Assembly (NCBI GenBank): GCA_013265495.1
Contig: MU058228.1
Span: 62,001 to 126,000, forward strand
Direction of reading: 5' to 3'
Length of the DNA stretch: 64,000 bases
From: Vicugna vicugna
Lineage: Eukaryota
Shown here: one piece after another, positions 1 through 13,053 of the stretch
How the letters are laid out: each line of letters opens with the position of its first letter
How positions within the stretch are numbered: position 1 is the first letter of the stretch
Notes under the pieces: generated by a model
The model's database searches: none
What the model was told of the DNA's origin: nothing
Seen by the model: only the letters and a program-made list of their open reading frames with translations
Position numbers and translations under genes: made by a program

Positions 1-1249
1 CCTCGTCAAGACAAAACCATCCAGAAACACGAAATGGCACTGCCACCCCCACCTCCCGTCCCTGTCTGCTTCATCACAATGTGGGTGCCAGATGAAAAGT
101 CCCAGTGCAAACAAAGTTTAGATTGTCCTTCTGTAGGAAGACACCAATCCACCATCAGAATCATAGGGTAGCAAGTGACTCCCCCTCAAATGCTTTCAAA
201 GCCACTTACATCACCTGTCTTGTACCCTGAATTAAGCATATAGTTTCTTCATAATACTGTTCTGCTCTGATTACACCATAGAGAAACCTTACCCCAGCTG
301 CTGCCCAGGGTGCCCTGGTGTAGCCCCTTGCCCCATTTTCTTCACGTCTGACACCCATGCAGTACCTGTCGCACTGCCTTGTCATGGATTTCCATCACCT
401 ACTCCATGATCTGCCAGTAAAAGCCTCTCAGCTCATAGCCTCCCCAGGGCCCCCAGCATCTTCTCGCACAAGCGAGACACTTACTCTCACCGCCCGGCCT
501 TTGCTGGTGCCGCTCCCTCCTTTCCCTGGCTGAAAATCCTAGTATATTAACATCCAGGAAAAAAACATCTCACAAAGAACAGCAGGTGCACAGACCCTTG
601 GAGAGGACCACGCTCACCACATTCCAGGAACAGCAAGGAGCACGGCGATCCAGGAAGGGTTGCATCATGAAAGTCAGATCATCAGATGTGAGGGGCTTTT
701 CCACACAGAATCCTTGATCCTTCATTCCATCGGAGCTCTGGTGGAGAATTTCCCTACAGTTACCGCATGCAGGGGTGACTGCTGGTACAAATCATTTCAC
801 GTCAAGCCACGCCTGAGCCCCGGAACAGCTCCTCCCAGCACGCGGTGGCATGCCTGGGCACCCGTGGGTCTGTTCAGTGTGAACCCTCCACCGCTCCATC
901 AAGGCTGGCCCCTCCGCGAAGGCTCTGTCTTACGCCCCCAAGGTGTATGTGTGCATGACTGAGTTTGTGTTTTTTAAAATAAAACTTTATTGATGATTCA
1001 TACACCATACAATTCACCTATTTCAAGTGCACAATCTGGTGGTTTTTAGTATCCAGAGTTGTATAACCAATCATCACAATTTGAGAATAGTTCATCACCC
1101 TAAAAAAACCCCATACCCTTCAGCAGTCTCTCTCCATTTCCCCCCACCTCCCCCATCAGTCTGCTGTCTGTCTGTGGACTTGCCTGTTCGGGACACTTCA
1201 CACACATGGAGTCATAATCACACAGTATGTGGCCTTTTGTGTCCGACTT

Positions 1250-1303
1250 CTTTCACTTAGTACAATGATGTCAAGTCTTTCACTTAGTACAATGATGTCA
1301 AGT
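1250..1303. repeat. Perfect 27-bp tandem duplication inside an old L1
   Basis: CTTTCACTTAGTACAATGATGTCAAGT twice in tandem. Confidence 0.95.
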
Positions 1304-1529
1304 TTCATCTGTGTATGTTGCAATGTGAATCTGTAATCTTTTTTTTTTTAACAGCTGAACAGTATCTTGTTTATCCTTTCACCCATTGATGGAAACATTT
1401 CCCACTTTTCGGCTTTTATGAACAGTGTTGCCTTGGACATTTGTGTACAAGTTTTTGTGTGGGTGTGTTTTCCTTTCTCTTGGGTATATACCTAGGGTAG
1501 GAACTTCTTGGTCAAACACTCTTTTTAAT

Positions 1530-1624
1530 CTTATTTTTTTTTTCCAGTGGAGGTACTGGGGATTGAACCCAGTTCCTCATGCATGCTAAGCACATGCTCT
1601 ACCACTGAGCTATACCCTCTCCCC
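1530..1624 (-). mobile_element. tRNA-derived SINE (camelid vic-1-like) inserted in an L1
   Basis: Reverse complement of GGGTATAGCTCAGTGGTAGAGCATGTGCTTAGCATGCATGAG...GGTTCAATCCCCAGTACCTCC with an A tail. Confidence 0.85.
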
Positions 1625-2147
1625 TAAGCTTTTGAGGAAAAGCCAGACTGTCTTCCAAAGTGGCTGTCCCACTTTACATTCTCACCAGCAGCGTATAATG
1701 TCCGGACTTCTCTGCCGCCTCAACAACACTGGATGTTGTCCTTCTTGCTACAGCCAGCCTCGCGGGTACGACGTGGCCTCGTGGTGGTTTAGATTTGCGT
1801 TTCCGTCACGGATGTGTTGAGCGTCTTTCCATGTGCTTCTTGTCCATTTGTCTTTTTTGGGGAAATGTGTATTCAGGTCCTTTGCCTATGTTTTAACTGG
1901 CTGTCCTTTCATCACCGAGTTGTAAAATAGGTTTTCCCAGCGCCCTAGCGTGTACACATGCTTTGCAGGGATTGGCTACCACTCGCTGGGTTGTCCTTTC
2001 ACTTTCTTGATGGTGTCCTTTGAAGCACAGAAGTTTTTAATTTTGATGATGCCCAGTTTGTCTATTTTTCCCTTTGGCTCCTTATGCTTTTAGTATGTGT
2101 ATTAGATTAGACAGAGAGATGAGGCATTGCTGCTCGCGCATACTGGG

Positions 2148-2292
2148 GGTAGGAATTCCAGATAAGATGTCCAGTTACATCTGAATTTCAGATAAACATT
2201 GAATAATTTTTTTTAGCATAAGAAGTATGTCCCAAATATATTGTTTACCTGGAATCCATATGTGCCTTTATTTGCTTAACCTGGCAGCCCTG
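2148..2292. mobile_element. MER53-like hAT MITE
   Basis: GAATTTCAGATAAACA...AGTATGTCCCA...CTGGCAGCCCT resembles MER53. Confidence 0.65.
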
Positions 2293-4911
2293 GCCAGTGG
2301 TCCACTGTACGTGTGCCTGTGTGCGCGCGCGTGTGTGTGTAAATGTGTGTCTGTGTGATGTGATAGGCGGCAATGCTCACAAGCTTCTTCAGACCAAGCC
2401 AGCCTCAAAGTCCCCTGGGGACAGTGTCCTTCCCCAACTACCAGGGGGGCCTCACCCACTCTCTTGGAGCCAAGCCAGCACTGGCCTCCTAACCATGGAA
2501 GGTGGGCACCAGGACTGGAGCAGAGCTCACATATACCAGCTTCCCTTATTTGGTACCGGACGTCTCTGAAGGTCCCCAGCAGAGGTGAGCACGGGCTGTC
2601 TATGGAAGTACCAGCTCAGTAATGCGTCCATTACTGGCTTTTCCTCCTCCTTCCTCTCTCCCTGCTTCTTCACTCCTGCTTCGAGTCACCTCCCTACATG
2701 AGCTCTCTGCCTGCAGCCCTGCTCCAGGGGAAATCCAAACTGCGGCAGTTAGTACTGGAAGTGGCCCTAGAAATCAAGCCCTCTGGTCAGATGGCAAAAA
2801 CATCCGGTGATAAATGCATCCTATCCCTTGGCAGTGACTACGATTCTCACTAGTTACGGCAAGAGATGAGGTTCATGTCCAAGGGGAAGCGCTGGCTTAG
2901 GCGATAGTAACACTGCTGGGACAGTGGCAATCCTAAGGGCTGCAGAGCTTCTCACGCTTTGAAGAATGAAAATGATGGGCCACTGTCGACTCAGGGCGTC
3001 GTGAAAGCCAGAGCCCCCCTCCTGCAGCGAGAGCAGGCTGGCCTGAAACCAGGCGCAGAACTGAGTCTCAGGACAGTGGAACGGCAAAAGGGGCTTGCCA
3101 GAGCACTGGTGCCAAAGCTCTGGGCCGACTGGAAAAGATCAGGACCCTGATATGCGAGACACTGAGGCAGCTGTGCTCGTGTACCTGGACCCCTAAATTC
3201 TCCTGAGCCCTCCGGCCTAACAAAAGCCTCTCTCTTGACGCAGGAGACCATGCCTCTTTCTGCCTGGAGACCATGCAAACGTCACAGCAGAAGCCAGTGT
3301 CCCTCAAGATAATGCTCCTTCTCCTCAACATCTGTCCCCACCTTCCCCAATACATACAGACTGCAATCTTGTGATTTGTAAGAAGTATCTGTTTGGTCAT
3401 TCAGATGAGCTGAGCAGGCCCAGAAGTCACAGGTGTGTCAGCAGGAGGTCCTACCTTTGCTGAGCTGATGCCTCCCCCTCCGCTCACACCTGTGGGTTCA
3501 CAGAAGGCTCCCTTTGACTTGATGGAAGAAACAACTAGGGTGTTTCAGAGAGGGATCAGCTCAGTGTTTTGGGGTGTAACCAAAATGTGCCCATTCACAT
3601 GGCCTTCCTCAGGAGTGGCCCTGAAGGCCAGAGGGAGGGCACCTGGGGGGCTGTGCTGAGAGCAGGCTACCCGGCGCCAGCTTCTCATGGGGGAAGAAGG
3701 GGCCCAAGGGAAAGATAGCGTGGCCTCCTGGGCTGCAGTGAACGGCCTGTCCAGACAAGGGGTCTGCAAACAATAAGGCAAAAAGTCTGGAGACCAGGAG
3801 ATCTGAGGAAGACTTCAGCTCACAGATGGACCGATGGGGGCCGAAACGAAGCGTGTGGATCTCGTGTCTTCCGTCAACGCCTATCAGAAAGTACCACTGC
3901 ACAGTGTCAGGAAGATCGGGGGCAGCACAGACTGGGGCCCGCGGCCTGCTCACGGGTAGGACAAGAGGCAGGTCTCCGGGCTTCTCCTCCCCTCGTCAGC
4001 TGTAGCAGCTGCAGTGGTGGCCCACGACCACGAGCTGCCGCCCAATCGCTAGATCGTGTGTGGGCCCCCGTGCCAGTCAGGACACAAAAGGACAGCACAC
4101 GTGAAAGGCAAGGACACCCAGGCAGTCTGCAGGCTACCGGAACAGGAAGGACATTTCAGACTCCGAGCACTACTGATTCTTTTCCACTAGTGACCCCTTG
4201 CCCTGATATACCTGGCCGGTGCAGACTCGTTACCTGCAGTCTGATCCTAGGACGGCACAAAAGGCAGTTTGCAGTGATCAGAGCTACACCAGACGTCACA
4301 CTTCCTTGCTGTCCCCAATCCTGGTGCGTCGTTTGCCTGACCACTATGGCTACAGCAGTAGAGAGAGAGATTTCAGTGACTACTACTAAGAGGTAGAAAA
4401 AACTGAGAATATGAAAATAAGTGACATAAGGGAAGAGCGAAGTCACTGGGTTTCTAGCTAACAGGAGGTCCTAGGGGCTTCTGGCCACTCTTAAATCTAA
4501 CAGCCTGCAGGCAGAAGAGTCAGGATGGATTTAAGGTAACCATATTGTGTGTTGTTGGCTCCTGGAATTCAGAAGGAAGCATCTCAAGGAGTCAGATTTT
4601 CACAGACTTTGGCAGAAACAGAGCACACATGACCAAAAAGCACACAGGCTGACAAAAATGTTCCCAGTGACGGAAAACGTGCTCAGTGTGCAGGAAAAAA
4701 GCACGACATAGGCCAGGATGCAGCTACGCCACCCAGTGTACCGCAACCTCCTAACACGCATGTTCTCAAGTGCTCAAAGTTCTATTTACCCCAAATCCAA
4801 ATTTTCTAAAAGTAAAACCAGTAGGGGAATAGTTCTCTCTCTAGAATAGTACTGAATAACTAACATTGTTTTTTATAGTAATAGTCCTAAGGCATTACAA
4901 GATGTTATAAG

Positions 4912-4917
4912 TTTATT
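4912..4917 (-). terminator. Candidate poly(A) signal (AATAAA) for ZSCAN21
   Basis: First minus-strand AATAAA seen after the stop codon, ~380 nt downstream, in AT-rich 3' UTR-like sequence. Confidence 0.55.
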
Positions 4918-5293
4918 CTAAATCCGATTAAATTGTGTTCCACGTGGCTCAATTCTTTACAAACCGTTAAGTCTTGAATATATGTTAAAACGGTTAAACA
5001 ATTTTAATGTTTCCTCCTTGATTATACTGGATACACAGCAGTTTAACTCTACAAAAGGCTACAAAAGGCGAAGCCAGTGTGGCTTCCGGGACCTGCAGTG
5101 TGGGGAGGGCACCCTCCCCCGCGGGCTGGCGGGTCAGGAACCCACTGTGCCCCGCCTGAGCTCACTCCTCGGCCTCCCTGATGTTGAGTGAAACAAAATC
5201 TACCCCGGAGTTTACACTGCAATTACTGGGCTTTCTCCCTAAGACTCATGTTCTAAAGGTAAAAAACAAAAACCACCGAGAGAGACTTGAGCG

Positions 5294-6129
5294 TTAAGGC
5301 CCTTCACTCTCCGCAGTGTGGACTCTCTGATGTTTGGAAAGATTTGACTTACTGCAGAAGGTTTTCCCACAACTATTACACCAGTAGGGCTTTTCCCCGG
5401 TGTGGATTCTATGGTGTTTATTAAAATTTGAGCTGTGGTTAAAGGCCTTCCCACACTCCTTACATTTATACGGCTTCTCTCCAGTGTGGAGCCTCTGATG
5501 AGAACTCAGGCCTGCGTGCTGACTAAAGCTCTTTCCACACTCGTTACACTGATACGGCTTCTCCCCGGTGTGTATTCGATAGTGTCGAATGAGGCTGCCT
5601 TTCCCGCTGAAAGCTTTTCCACAATCTTTACACTGATAAGGTGCCTCCTCAGTGTGCATTCGCTGATGTTTAAGGAGGTCCGAGCTCTGACCGAAGGCTT
5701 TTCCACACTTACAGTCATAGGGCCGGTCCACCAAGTGTGTTCTGTAGTGAAGGGTCAGGTTTGAGCTGTGGCTGAAAGCTTTCCCACATTTGGTGCACAC
5801 GTACGGTTTCTCCCCAGTGTGTGTTCTCCGGTGTTTAGTGAGATTTGAGCTATTACTAAAGGCTTTCCCACACTCAGCACATATGTAACGTCTCTCTCCT
5901 GGAGCAGGTTTAGTAATTAATTCTCTACCTTTTGGGGAACCTTTGTCTTGGAGAGGGGATTTTGTCCCTCTTTCCTTTTCAAGACTTACCCACTGCCTTT
6001 CTAACCTGGCCTCACACTTATTGGCAATAATCATGGGAATACTGTCCCTGCCAAACCCTTCTGCATGAGATTCTTCAGAACCTTCCTGCTTATCTGTTGA
6101 TTCCTCATTCTGGGTGTTCAATTCACAAT
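5294..6129 (-). CDS. ZSCAN21: ZSCAN21 last coding exon, 7 C2H2 zinc fingers
   Basis: Acceptor ttgtttcag|AT. Seven C2H2 units, mostly with TGEKPY linkers. Stop at 5294-5296. Joined CDS 390+193+836=1419 nt = 472 aa. Confidence 0.95.
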
Positions 6130-7305
6130 CTGAAACAATAAGGAAATAGGACATGTCAGTTGTTTCCTGTTCTGAGAAGAAGCTGTTAAATGAGAACTAA
6201 AGTCACCAGGTGAGATTGGCGGATTCTAAAGGGTAACCAAGTATCGCTCTATGAAGTCACAGTATCACACTGATACACGCTAAGTCATCGTCAAATCTAG
6301 TTTACAATGCCAGACTTTCGCACAAGTTCCCTAGCAGACATTATTATGGTCTGAGGAGTACGTGGCTATCTCTGCCAGGAGAACTTCACACATAGAGGGC
6401 AGTCAGGAAAAACCAAGAACACTGGGGCAGTGGCAAAGGAGATGGGTGATGCTCAGGCAGAAAGAAGCAAGCAAGAAAGACTGTAGAGGGTCAAAGTTGA
6501 TTAAAATAAAAAGAATGATTAAGGAAGAGGAGGCTAGTGGCAAACTCACATTTCACCAGGCAGTTGTACTTCTTAAAAGTCCATCTAACTGCCCTGATAC
6601 ACAGAAAAGTGGAGTAAGAGAAATTTACACTGGAAAACGGGTTCCCTTTGAGAAGTGTCACCCCTCTGCAAGTCCAAAAGCTTTGATCAACTAGGTACTT
6701 TCCCTGAACCCCTTTCTTCTCGTCCCTGTCTCTCTCCGCACTCGACCGCCTCCTTCCTTCCTCTGCTGTCAGCGCTTCCAGGCCCACCCCTCCTCACTGC
6801 CTGTGTGACTGCAGCGGCATCAGCTAAAACTGCTTCCAGCCTCCATGACGAGCAACCATGTGGCTACATGGACAGGTTTCCCTTCAAGTTGCCGAGAACT
6901 ATGTGTGGGAAACAATCAACCTCGTAAGAGTTAAACATTTTAAATAGCCTAATGAGGCAGAAGTTGGAAAAGAATTTACCAGGGACCATTTCTGCATAAT
7001 CCAAAAATGATTATAACAGGTTCACTAAGTCATGAACAAATGAACCAGTACCACCTCTTACTGGTTCATTCACCTGTCCTCACCTTTATTAAAAGTTCAC
7101 TTCAACTCTCCCTTTATGAGGGTGTCATCTGTTCCCATGCCAGGACTCTGACTACGACACTCTGAGGGAGGAAAGGTACTCATTCTGCCTCATCAGCCAG
7201 ACCTGTCGAGTCAGTCTAGGGGGTCACCCCACAACCAGGGATTAGTTATTGTTTCAACCACAAAAGCCTGGGGGACCGAGCAGCGGCCCGACAGATGGTC
7301 CATAC

Positions 7306-7498
7306 CTTGAATCTTTCTCAGCTCTGGAGTGAGATCCTGTTCTTCACCAGTCTCTTGGATGTAGAGGGGACCCCAAGACTCGTATCTGTGACTGGTCTCC
7401 ACAGACTGTACCTCTGGGCTGCTCAGGGATCCCTTCATGGTTCCTGAAGATGACATCTTCTCCCACAACTGTTTCTGTTCACTTGGAGGCGGTGAGGC
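7306..7498 (-). CDS. ZSCAN21: ZSCAN21 second coding exon (linker, 193 nt)
   Basis: Acceptor tctctag|GCC, donor AAG|gtatgg. Encodes [19 protein letters not shown]...[28 protein letters not shown]. Phases (0 in, 1 out) fit the neighbouring exons. Confidence 0.92.
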
Positions 7499-7773
7499 CT
7501 AGAGATAATCAGGAGTGGTTGGGTCTGTGCACAGCTCATTTTAAAAACCAGAATGAAAGAAAATCTCAGGAGAGCTATGTAGAACCTCTAGGAAAAGAAA
7601 AAGAAAAAAAAATCCATCCCACTCAATTCCCAAGGACAATTCCCTAATTCCACCTACGACAGCAGAAGAAAAATAGGAAGAAGCTGGTCTGACTCAGCAG
7701 GCGGCCATTCAGCTATTCTAACCATGGGCAAACCAGCTCCCAATCTCACAGAATAAAAGGTCCCCCAGCCCAC

Positions 7774-8163
7774 CTGCTGTGCTGGCTCATCCAGTTCTCG
7801 CTCCAGGTCTTCCAGCAGAGTGACAGCCTCTTCAGCACTCTCCGGGCAGTGCTCCTGCACCCAGGCCTGGAGCTCCTGAGGCAGGATGGTCAGGAACTGC
7901 TCCAGCACCAGCAGCTCCAGGATCTGCTCCTTGGTGTGGATCTCGGGCCTCAGCCACTCACAGCAGAGCACCCGGAGTTGGCTAAGGGCCTCCCGGGGGC
8001 CCGGTGTGTCATGGTACCCAAACTGCCTGAAGCGCTGGCGGAACAGCTCCAGGCTGGGAAGGCACTTCCCTCTCTCCTCCTCCTCAACCTTCACAATCAC
8101 AGGCCCCTGCTCCCGTGGAGGCCTAGGGCCCAGGACGGTGGCCATGCTCAGCACCTTGGTCAT
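7774..8163 (-). CDS. ZSCAN21: ZSCAN21 first coding exon (exon 2 spans 7774-8256): N-terminus and SCAN domain
   Basis: Translates [16 protein letters not shown]...[62 protein letters not shown] (SCAN). ATG at 8163-8161; the preceding codon is GTG. Acceptor catag|G at 8257/8256, donor CAG|gtgggc at 7774/7773. Confidence 0.95.
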
Positions 8164-8469
8164 CACACAGGCACTCCAGAGACTGAAGCTGGGGTTCTGT
8201 GTAGCAGGAGTACTGGTTCCTTCGGGTTTCTGGTTCTTTAGGGCTACACGTTAAACCTATGAAAATATGGTTACCATAACATTAGCAAAAGAAAAAGTAT
8301 GCTTTTTGGTTTTTACAGCCACACCTTTAGCACAAGAAATTGTGGAAATTATGGCCACCATAAAACTACCATATAACAATGACAGTCAGAATCTTTCTGG
8401 AGTCAGCTCAGGATATCCTGCTTTGATCTGACTTTGTCTCCACTCTCCAAAAAAGTGCACTGTGGCTCA

Positions 8470-9315
8470 ATTCCAATCTTGTGTATATATTCAAAGGAAA
8501 TGAAAATGCTAATTCAAAAATACACAAAATACACATGCTAGCCACTATACATAAAAATAGGTTAAAAAATTTTTTTTGTATAGCACAGGGAACTATGTTC
8601 AGTATCTTGTAATAACCCTTAATTGAAAAAAATATGAAAATGAATATATGTATGTATATGCATGACTGGGACATTGTACTGTACACCAGAGATTAACACA
8701 TTGTAATTGATGGAACTTCAATTAAAACACAAACAAACAAAACAAACAAAAATACACATAAACCCCAATGTTCACAGCAGCACTATTTACAACAGCCAAG
8801 ATACGGAAGCAACCTGTGTCCATCAACAGATGACTGGATAAAGAAGATGTGTACACGCGCGCGCGCGCACACACACAGGAATACTACTCAGCAATAAAAA
8901 GAATGAAACTTTGCTATCTGCAACAACATGGATGGACTTGCAGGGTATTATGCTTAGTGAAATAAGTCAGAGAAAGACAGATATTGTATGTTATCACGTA
9001 CATGTGAAATCTAAAAAACAAAACAAACTAGTGAATAACAAAAAAGAAACAGACTCACAGATACAGAAAAGAAACTAGTGGTTACCAGTGGGAAAGAGGT
9101 AAAAAGAAGGAGCAAGATGGCGGTAGAAAATTAAGAGGTACAAACTACTATGTATAAAAGAAATAAGCTACAAGGATTATTATTGTACAGCAGAGGGAAT
9201 ACAGACAATATTTTATAATAACTATAAATGGAGTATAATCTTTAAGTTGTGAATCACTATGTTGTACACCTGTAACTTACATAATATTATAAATCAAATA
9301 TACCTCAATTTGAAA
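8470..9315 (+). mobile_element. LINE-1 3' end with a younger L1 3' end nested at 8537-8748
   Basis: L1 ORF2-end/3' UTR motifs (CAGCACTATTTACAACAGCCAAG, ATGGATGGACTTG...AAATAAGTCAG). The nested piece is flanked by TSD AAAATACACAT. Confidence 0.85.
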
Positions 9316-11849
9316 AATGCACCATGGCATAATTTTAAAATTAAATTTAAATTAACCTTGCTCCAAAACTTGTTTCAGAATCTTAGAACTCCCGAGATCT
9401 CAACAGGCCATCTACTGGCCAAATGCAATCTGTCTAAACCTACAACTTTTAGCTTCAGCATTAAATATTTACTAGTCAAGTGACTGGACTAGTCAGCATA
9501 ACCAGAAGTCATGTTAGAAGGCTAGACTAACTAGCGTATCTGTAAACAATTGAGCATAATCAGGGATGTAACTTGAGCTGCACTTGACCCACTTTAAGAG
9601 GAGCACACTCATGTTTTTAAACGCCCTTTACTTAAGTTTAGCTTTCACAGAAGGGCAAGTGGAATGACAGATTAGACTAAAAGTAACCTGTGTTCTGTCA
9701 GAGGTATTTCTTTTGATGAGATACTGCTGAGAAGAAACTGAAGGGAAAAATTAAATCACACTTGACGATACAAACCTAAAAATGTTCAAAAGTATTATTT
9801 CTTTTAAATTTTAAATATTCTCGGTATTTCAGTCAGTTGACACATTAGAATACTGAAACATCTGTAGTAAATATAATTACTTCCTGTTTCTTCATTTGCC
9901 AAAAAAGTGAGATCTATTCACTCAACACTTGCTGAATAGCTGCGATGGGCCGGATGCCAGGATAGCAGGGATGCACGAGACAGACACATCCCTACCCTCA
10001 CAGAGCTTTCAGGCTGGAATCGGGTGCTGGGGGGAAGGGGGGAGGGAAAAGTGAGTAGACAGACAACAGACTCAGTCTGTCACTACTGGCATTCACTAAC
10101 CATACATTTTGAAAGAAAACTACTTGTAAGTTAGTTAATCTTACAGGCTTGTGACTGGCCTTCCTGGTGAGCATGTTTTCAAACTCTAAGCAGCATCTTT
10201 CCCACCACATAGGTGTTCCCACACTGGATTTGAATAATCTAGATCAGGAAAGCCCCAGTAGTCTCAATAAAGAGCCAAACACATAAAAATCTACGTGGGT
10301 GCTCGTTACATGACATTACATAGATAACAATGGTAGAGACCATAAAAAGGATGTATAAATGGTTTATAAAAGCTGAAGATGAGGGAATAGGAGTTGCAGA
10401 CAATCTAAATTTAAGGCGTTTAAAAACTTGCTCATTTCTAACATGCATGTCAATCTCCATGGATCTGGCTAGATAGCACTTGAAATATCAAGTCTCACAC
10501 GCTCATAATATTTACACAATCACACTGAAAGGAACAGGAAAAATCACTAAAAGTGAAATTTCTGGGTTACAGAATAATGGATGATTTTAATTTTTTTAAC
10601 TCTTTTTTTTGACTTTCCAATTTTCCTATAATGGGCATTATTACTTTTGTAACCAGAAAATCATAAAATCTTTAAAGGGATCATAAAACAATTTTTAACA
10701 AACAAAACAGATTTTATTTCTAATGCCCCAACTTCATGGCCTTCAAAGAAAAGCCCAGGAAAACAAAAAAGCAGCAATTCCAGCCCATGCAGAACCTCCT
10801 CAAAAAGGTACATTTATGTTACAGCTGTATTAAAAATGTGTATTTTCTATGACTATTCCCCTTTGTTTACTTTTGTGACCAATTTTGGTAATTAAAAACA
10901 TACAAAATGGGATTCTAGGAATAAAAGCTTAATACACAAATGTACATGTATAACTGAATCACTTTGCTGTGCACATGAAACTAACATTGTAAACTGACTA
11001 CACTTCAATAAAAAATAAGAATTAAAAAAACCCCTTAATATGCAGTCTTGCTTTTACAAGAAAGTAATTATCAGCTAATTAGTTCAGAATTCTAGGGATG
11101 CTACCTGGGATTTCCCTCCACCGATTCTGAAGCACCCTATGATGTGCCAATAGGTATTCTGACACGGTGGACCAGAATCAGCATGAAACACTCCCTTATG
11201 CTGTCCTCTGCGTCCAATACACTGCTGAAGCTCCCAAGTTCAGGATTACTTGAAAACTGACCCAGGGGAGAGGCACAGCCATTTAGCCTCTTAAAATAAA
11301 GGCACTAGCACCAAATGCTAAAATAACCTAAATATAGAGGTAGTGCTGGGAGCATTCCTTAGAAATGCTTCCAAGGGGACCTCCTAAGTGTTGGAATAAC
11401 TTTACATAACTGGTTACAAATTTTCCCACTCTATCCAGAGGAGGGCACCTCAAGAACAAAAAAGACTTGGAACTTGTTTGGGCAGCTCAGCTTCTGGGAT
11501 CCAGCCTGGGAAACTCAGCAAGACACTAGGAGTTATAATGCAGCCAGGCAGCATTAAACAGGGAGTCTCCTATTATCACCTTCATGCGGGATCTGTTCCC
11601 AAAACTTAGTAAGTCCCAACTCAGAGCTGCCACTGTACCACATGACAGCCTTTACAAAAACACATACACAGTCACAATTAAAGAATACAAAGTTTCCCTA
11701 GATGCTGCTGCTTGGCAACCAGCTGGGCTGGCTCACCAGCTCAGTGATTTATTCTATGTACCAGTTTCGTAGTGCCCAACAGTGCAAATTCACACCCCAG
11801 AGAGGCCACAGACAAGTGGAAGACTGGGTGCTTGGACCCTTACTGCACT

Positions 11850-12380
11850 CACGCTCCTTGGAGGTTTCAGCCAGTCACCTGGCTTTAATTACCATCTACA
11901 TATTCACAACAGCCAATTTATCTCCAGCCTGGACCTCTCTTCTGAACTCCAGACTCATACAACCAGTATGTCTTACATATTTCAAGCTTAACATGCCTGA
12001 AACTGCACTTCCCATCTTTCCACCAAAGCTGCTCAACTCCGTTAATGGCAACTCCATTGTTTTGTTTTTTTTGGACCAAAAGAAACACAGTCATCTGCCT
12101 CCTCTTTAACGTCTACACAAAATTCATGAGCAAATCCTATTAGCTCTGCATCTGAGAGATTCAGAGTTCAGCTACTTCTCACTACCTCCAACACTGTTGT
12201 CCCAGCCCATCATCTCTTGCCTGTTACACACAAATCAGATAACAACATTCCTCTGCTCACACCTTTCAAGGCTTCGTCTCTCAAACAGGGTAATACCCAA
12301 AATCACAAGGCCAACAAGACCTCAAAGATCTCAGACCCTGTTGCCTCTCTGACCTCATCTTGTCCCTCTCTTCCACCTAA
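11850..12380 (-). mobile_element. LINE-2 fragment
   Basis: TGGCTTTAATTACCATCTA...ATCTCCAGCCTGGACCTCTCTTCTGAACTCCAGACTC is a typical L2 motif. Confidence 0.7.
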
Positions 12381-12924
12381 CAGACTGGCAAAGTTTTTTT
12401 TTTTTTGATAATGCTCTATCCACTGTGCCCCCCACCCTCACCCCAACCCGAGTAAAGCCAGTATGAGGTCATGCTGAGTTGTCTAAAGATTCCTTTAGGA
12501 ATGACCTCCAGTCTTGGATTCTGAATTTTTCTTAATAAAGCATTTATAAAAATTTAAAAAAAAAAGCATATGAACAGAAAACAGAGGCTTCATTACTCAT
12601 ATTGTCCTCAACCACAATGAACTACTTTCTTTAAGATATCTAGAGTATTTAGCACAAGAGGCCCATCAAGCAAAAGTTCATGGTCTAGTACAAACAGCAG
12701 TCTTTATTCTGTTCCCAGTTCCCCTCCACCTCTTTTATGCTAATTTCCCAAAGCTTATATGCCCTTATGAAAGTGCCCCAAAACCATTCTGGAACAAGAT
12801 GAGGCATAAATAAACCAAATTATCATAAATTCTAACAACTTAATGGGACTTAACAATTAATACCAGACTGCTTTTAACACACTCGTTCTGTACCTGAAAA
12901 CTCCTATGCAGGCAAATTTGACCA

Positions 12925-13053
12925 TTAAAAAATTTTTTTGGGGGGGAGAGAGGTAATTAGTTTTGTTTGTTATTTTAATGGGGGTACTGGGGATCGAACC
13001 CAGGACGTCGTGCATGCTAAGCATGTGCTCTACCACTGAGCTATACCCTCCCC
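12925..13053 (-). mobile_element. tRNA-derived SINE (vic-1-like, long-tail type)
   Basis: A and B boxes, a CTAATTACCTCTCTCCCCCC tail segment, and a near-identical flanking repeat CAAATTTGA(C/T)CA. Confidence 0.85.

Larger units (their letters stand above)
975..2095 (-). mobile_element. Old LINE-1 3' fragment (L1MB-like)
   Basis: Typical antisense L1 3' sequence (CATACAATTCACC...TTTTAGTAT...CCAAAGTGGCTG...TTTGAAGCACAGAAGTTTTTAATTTTGATG). Confidence 0.8.

Noticed and set aside
2868..3915. Plus-strand EVHVQGEALA* (2868 onward) and RKYHCTVSGR (3886-3915) as a third fossil ZSCAN gene
   Set aside because: Only two short motifs, with no SCAN remnant and no His pair. Not distinguishable from chance by eye.
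1..5000. 3' end of a convergent ZNF3, expected from human synteny
   Set aside because: No zinc-finger coding sequence or identifiable exon is visible here; it may lie outside the window.
6700..6840. Possible KRAB-A fossil in ZSCAN21 intron 3
   Set aside because: Only vague purine-rich similarity, with no usable splice sites or conserved spacing.
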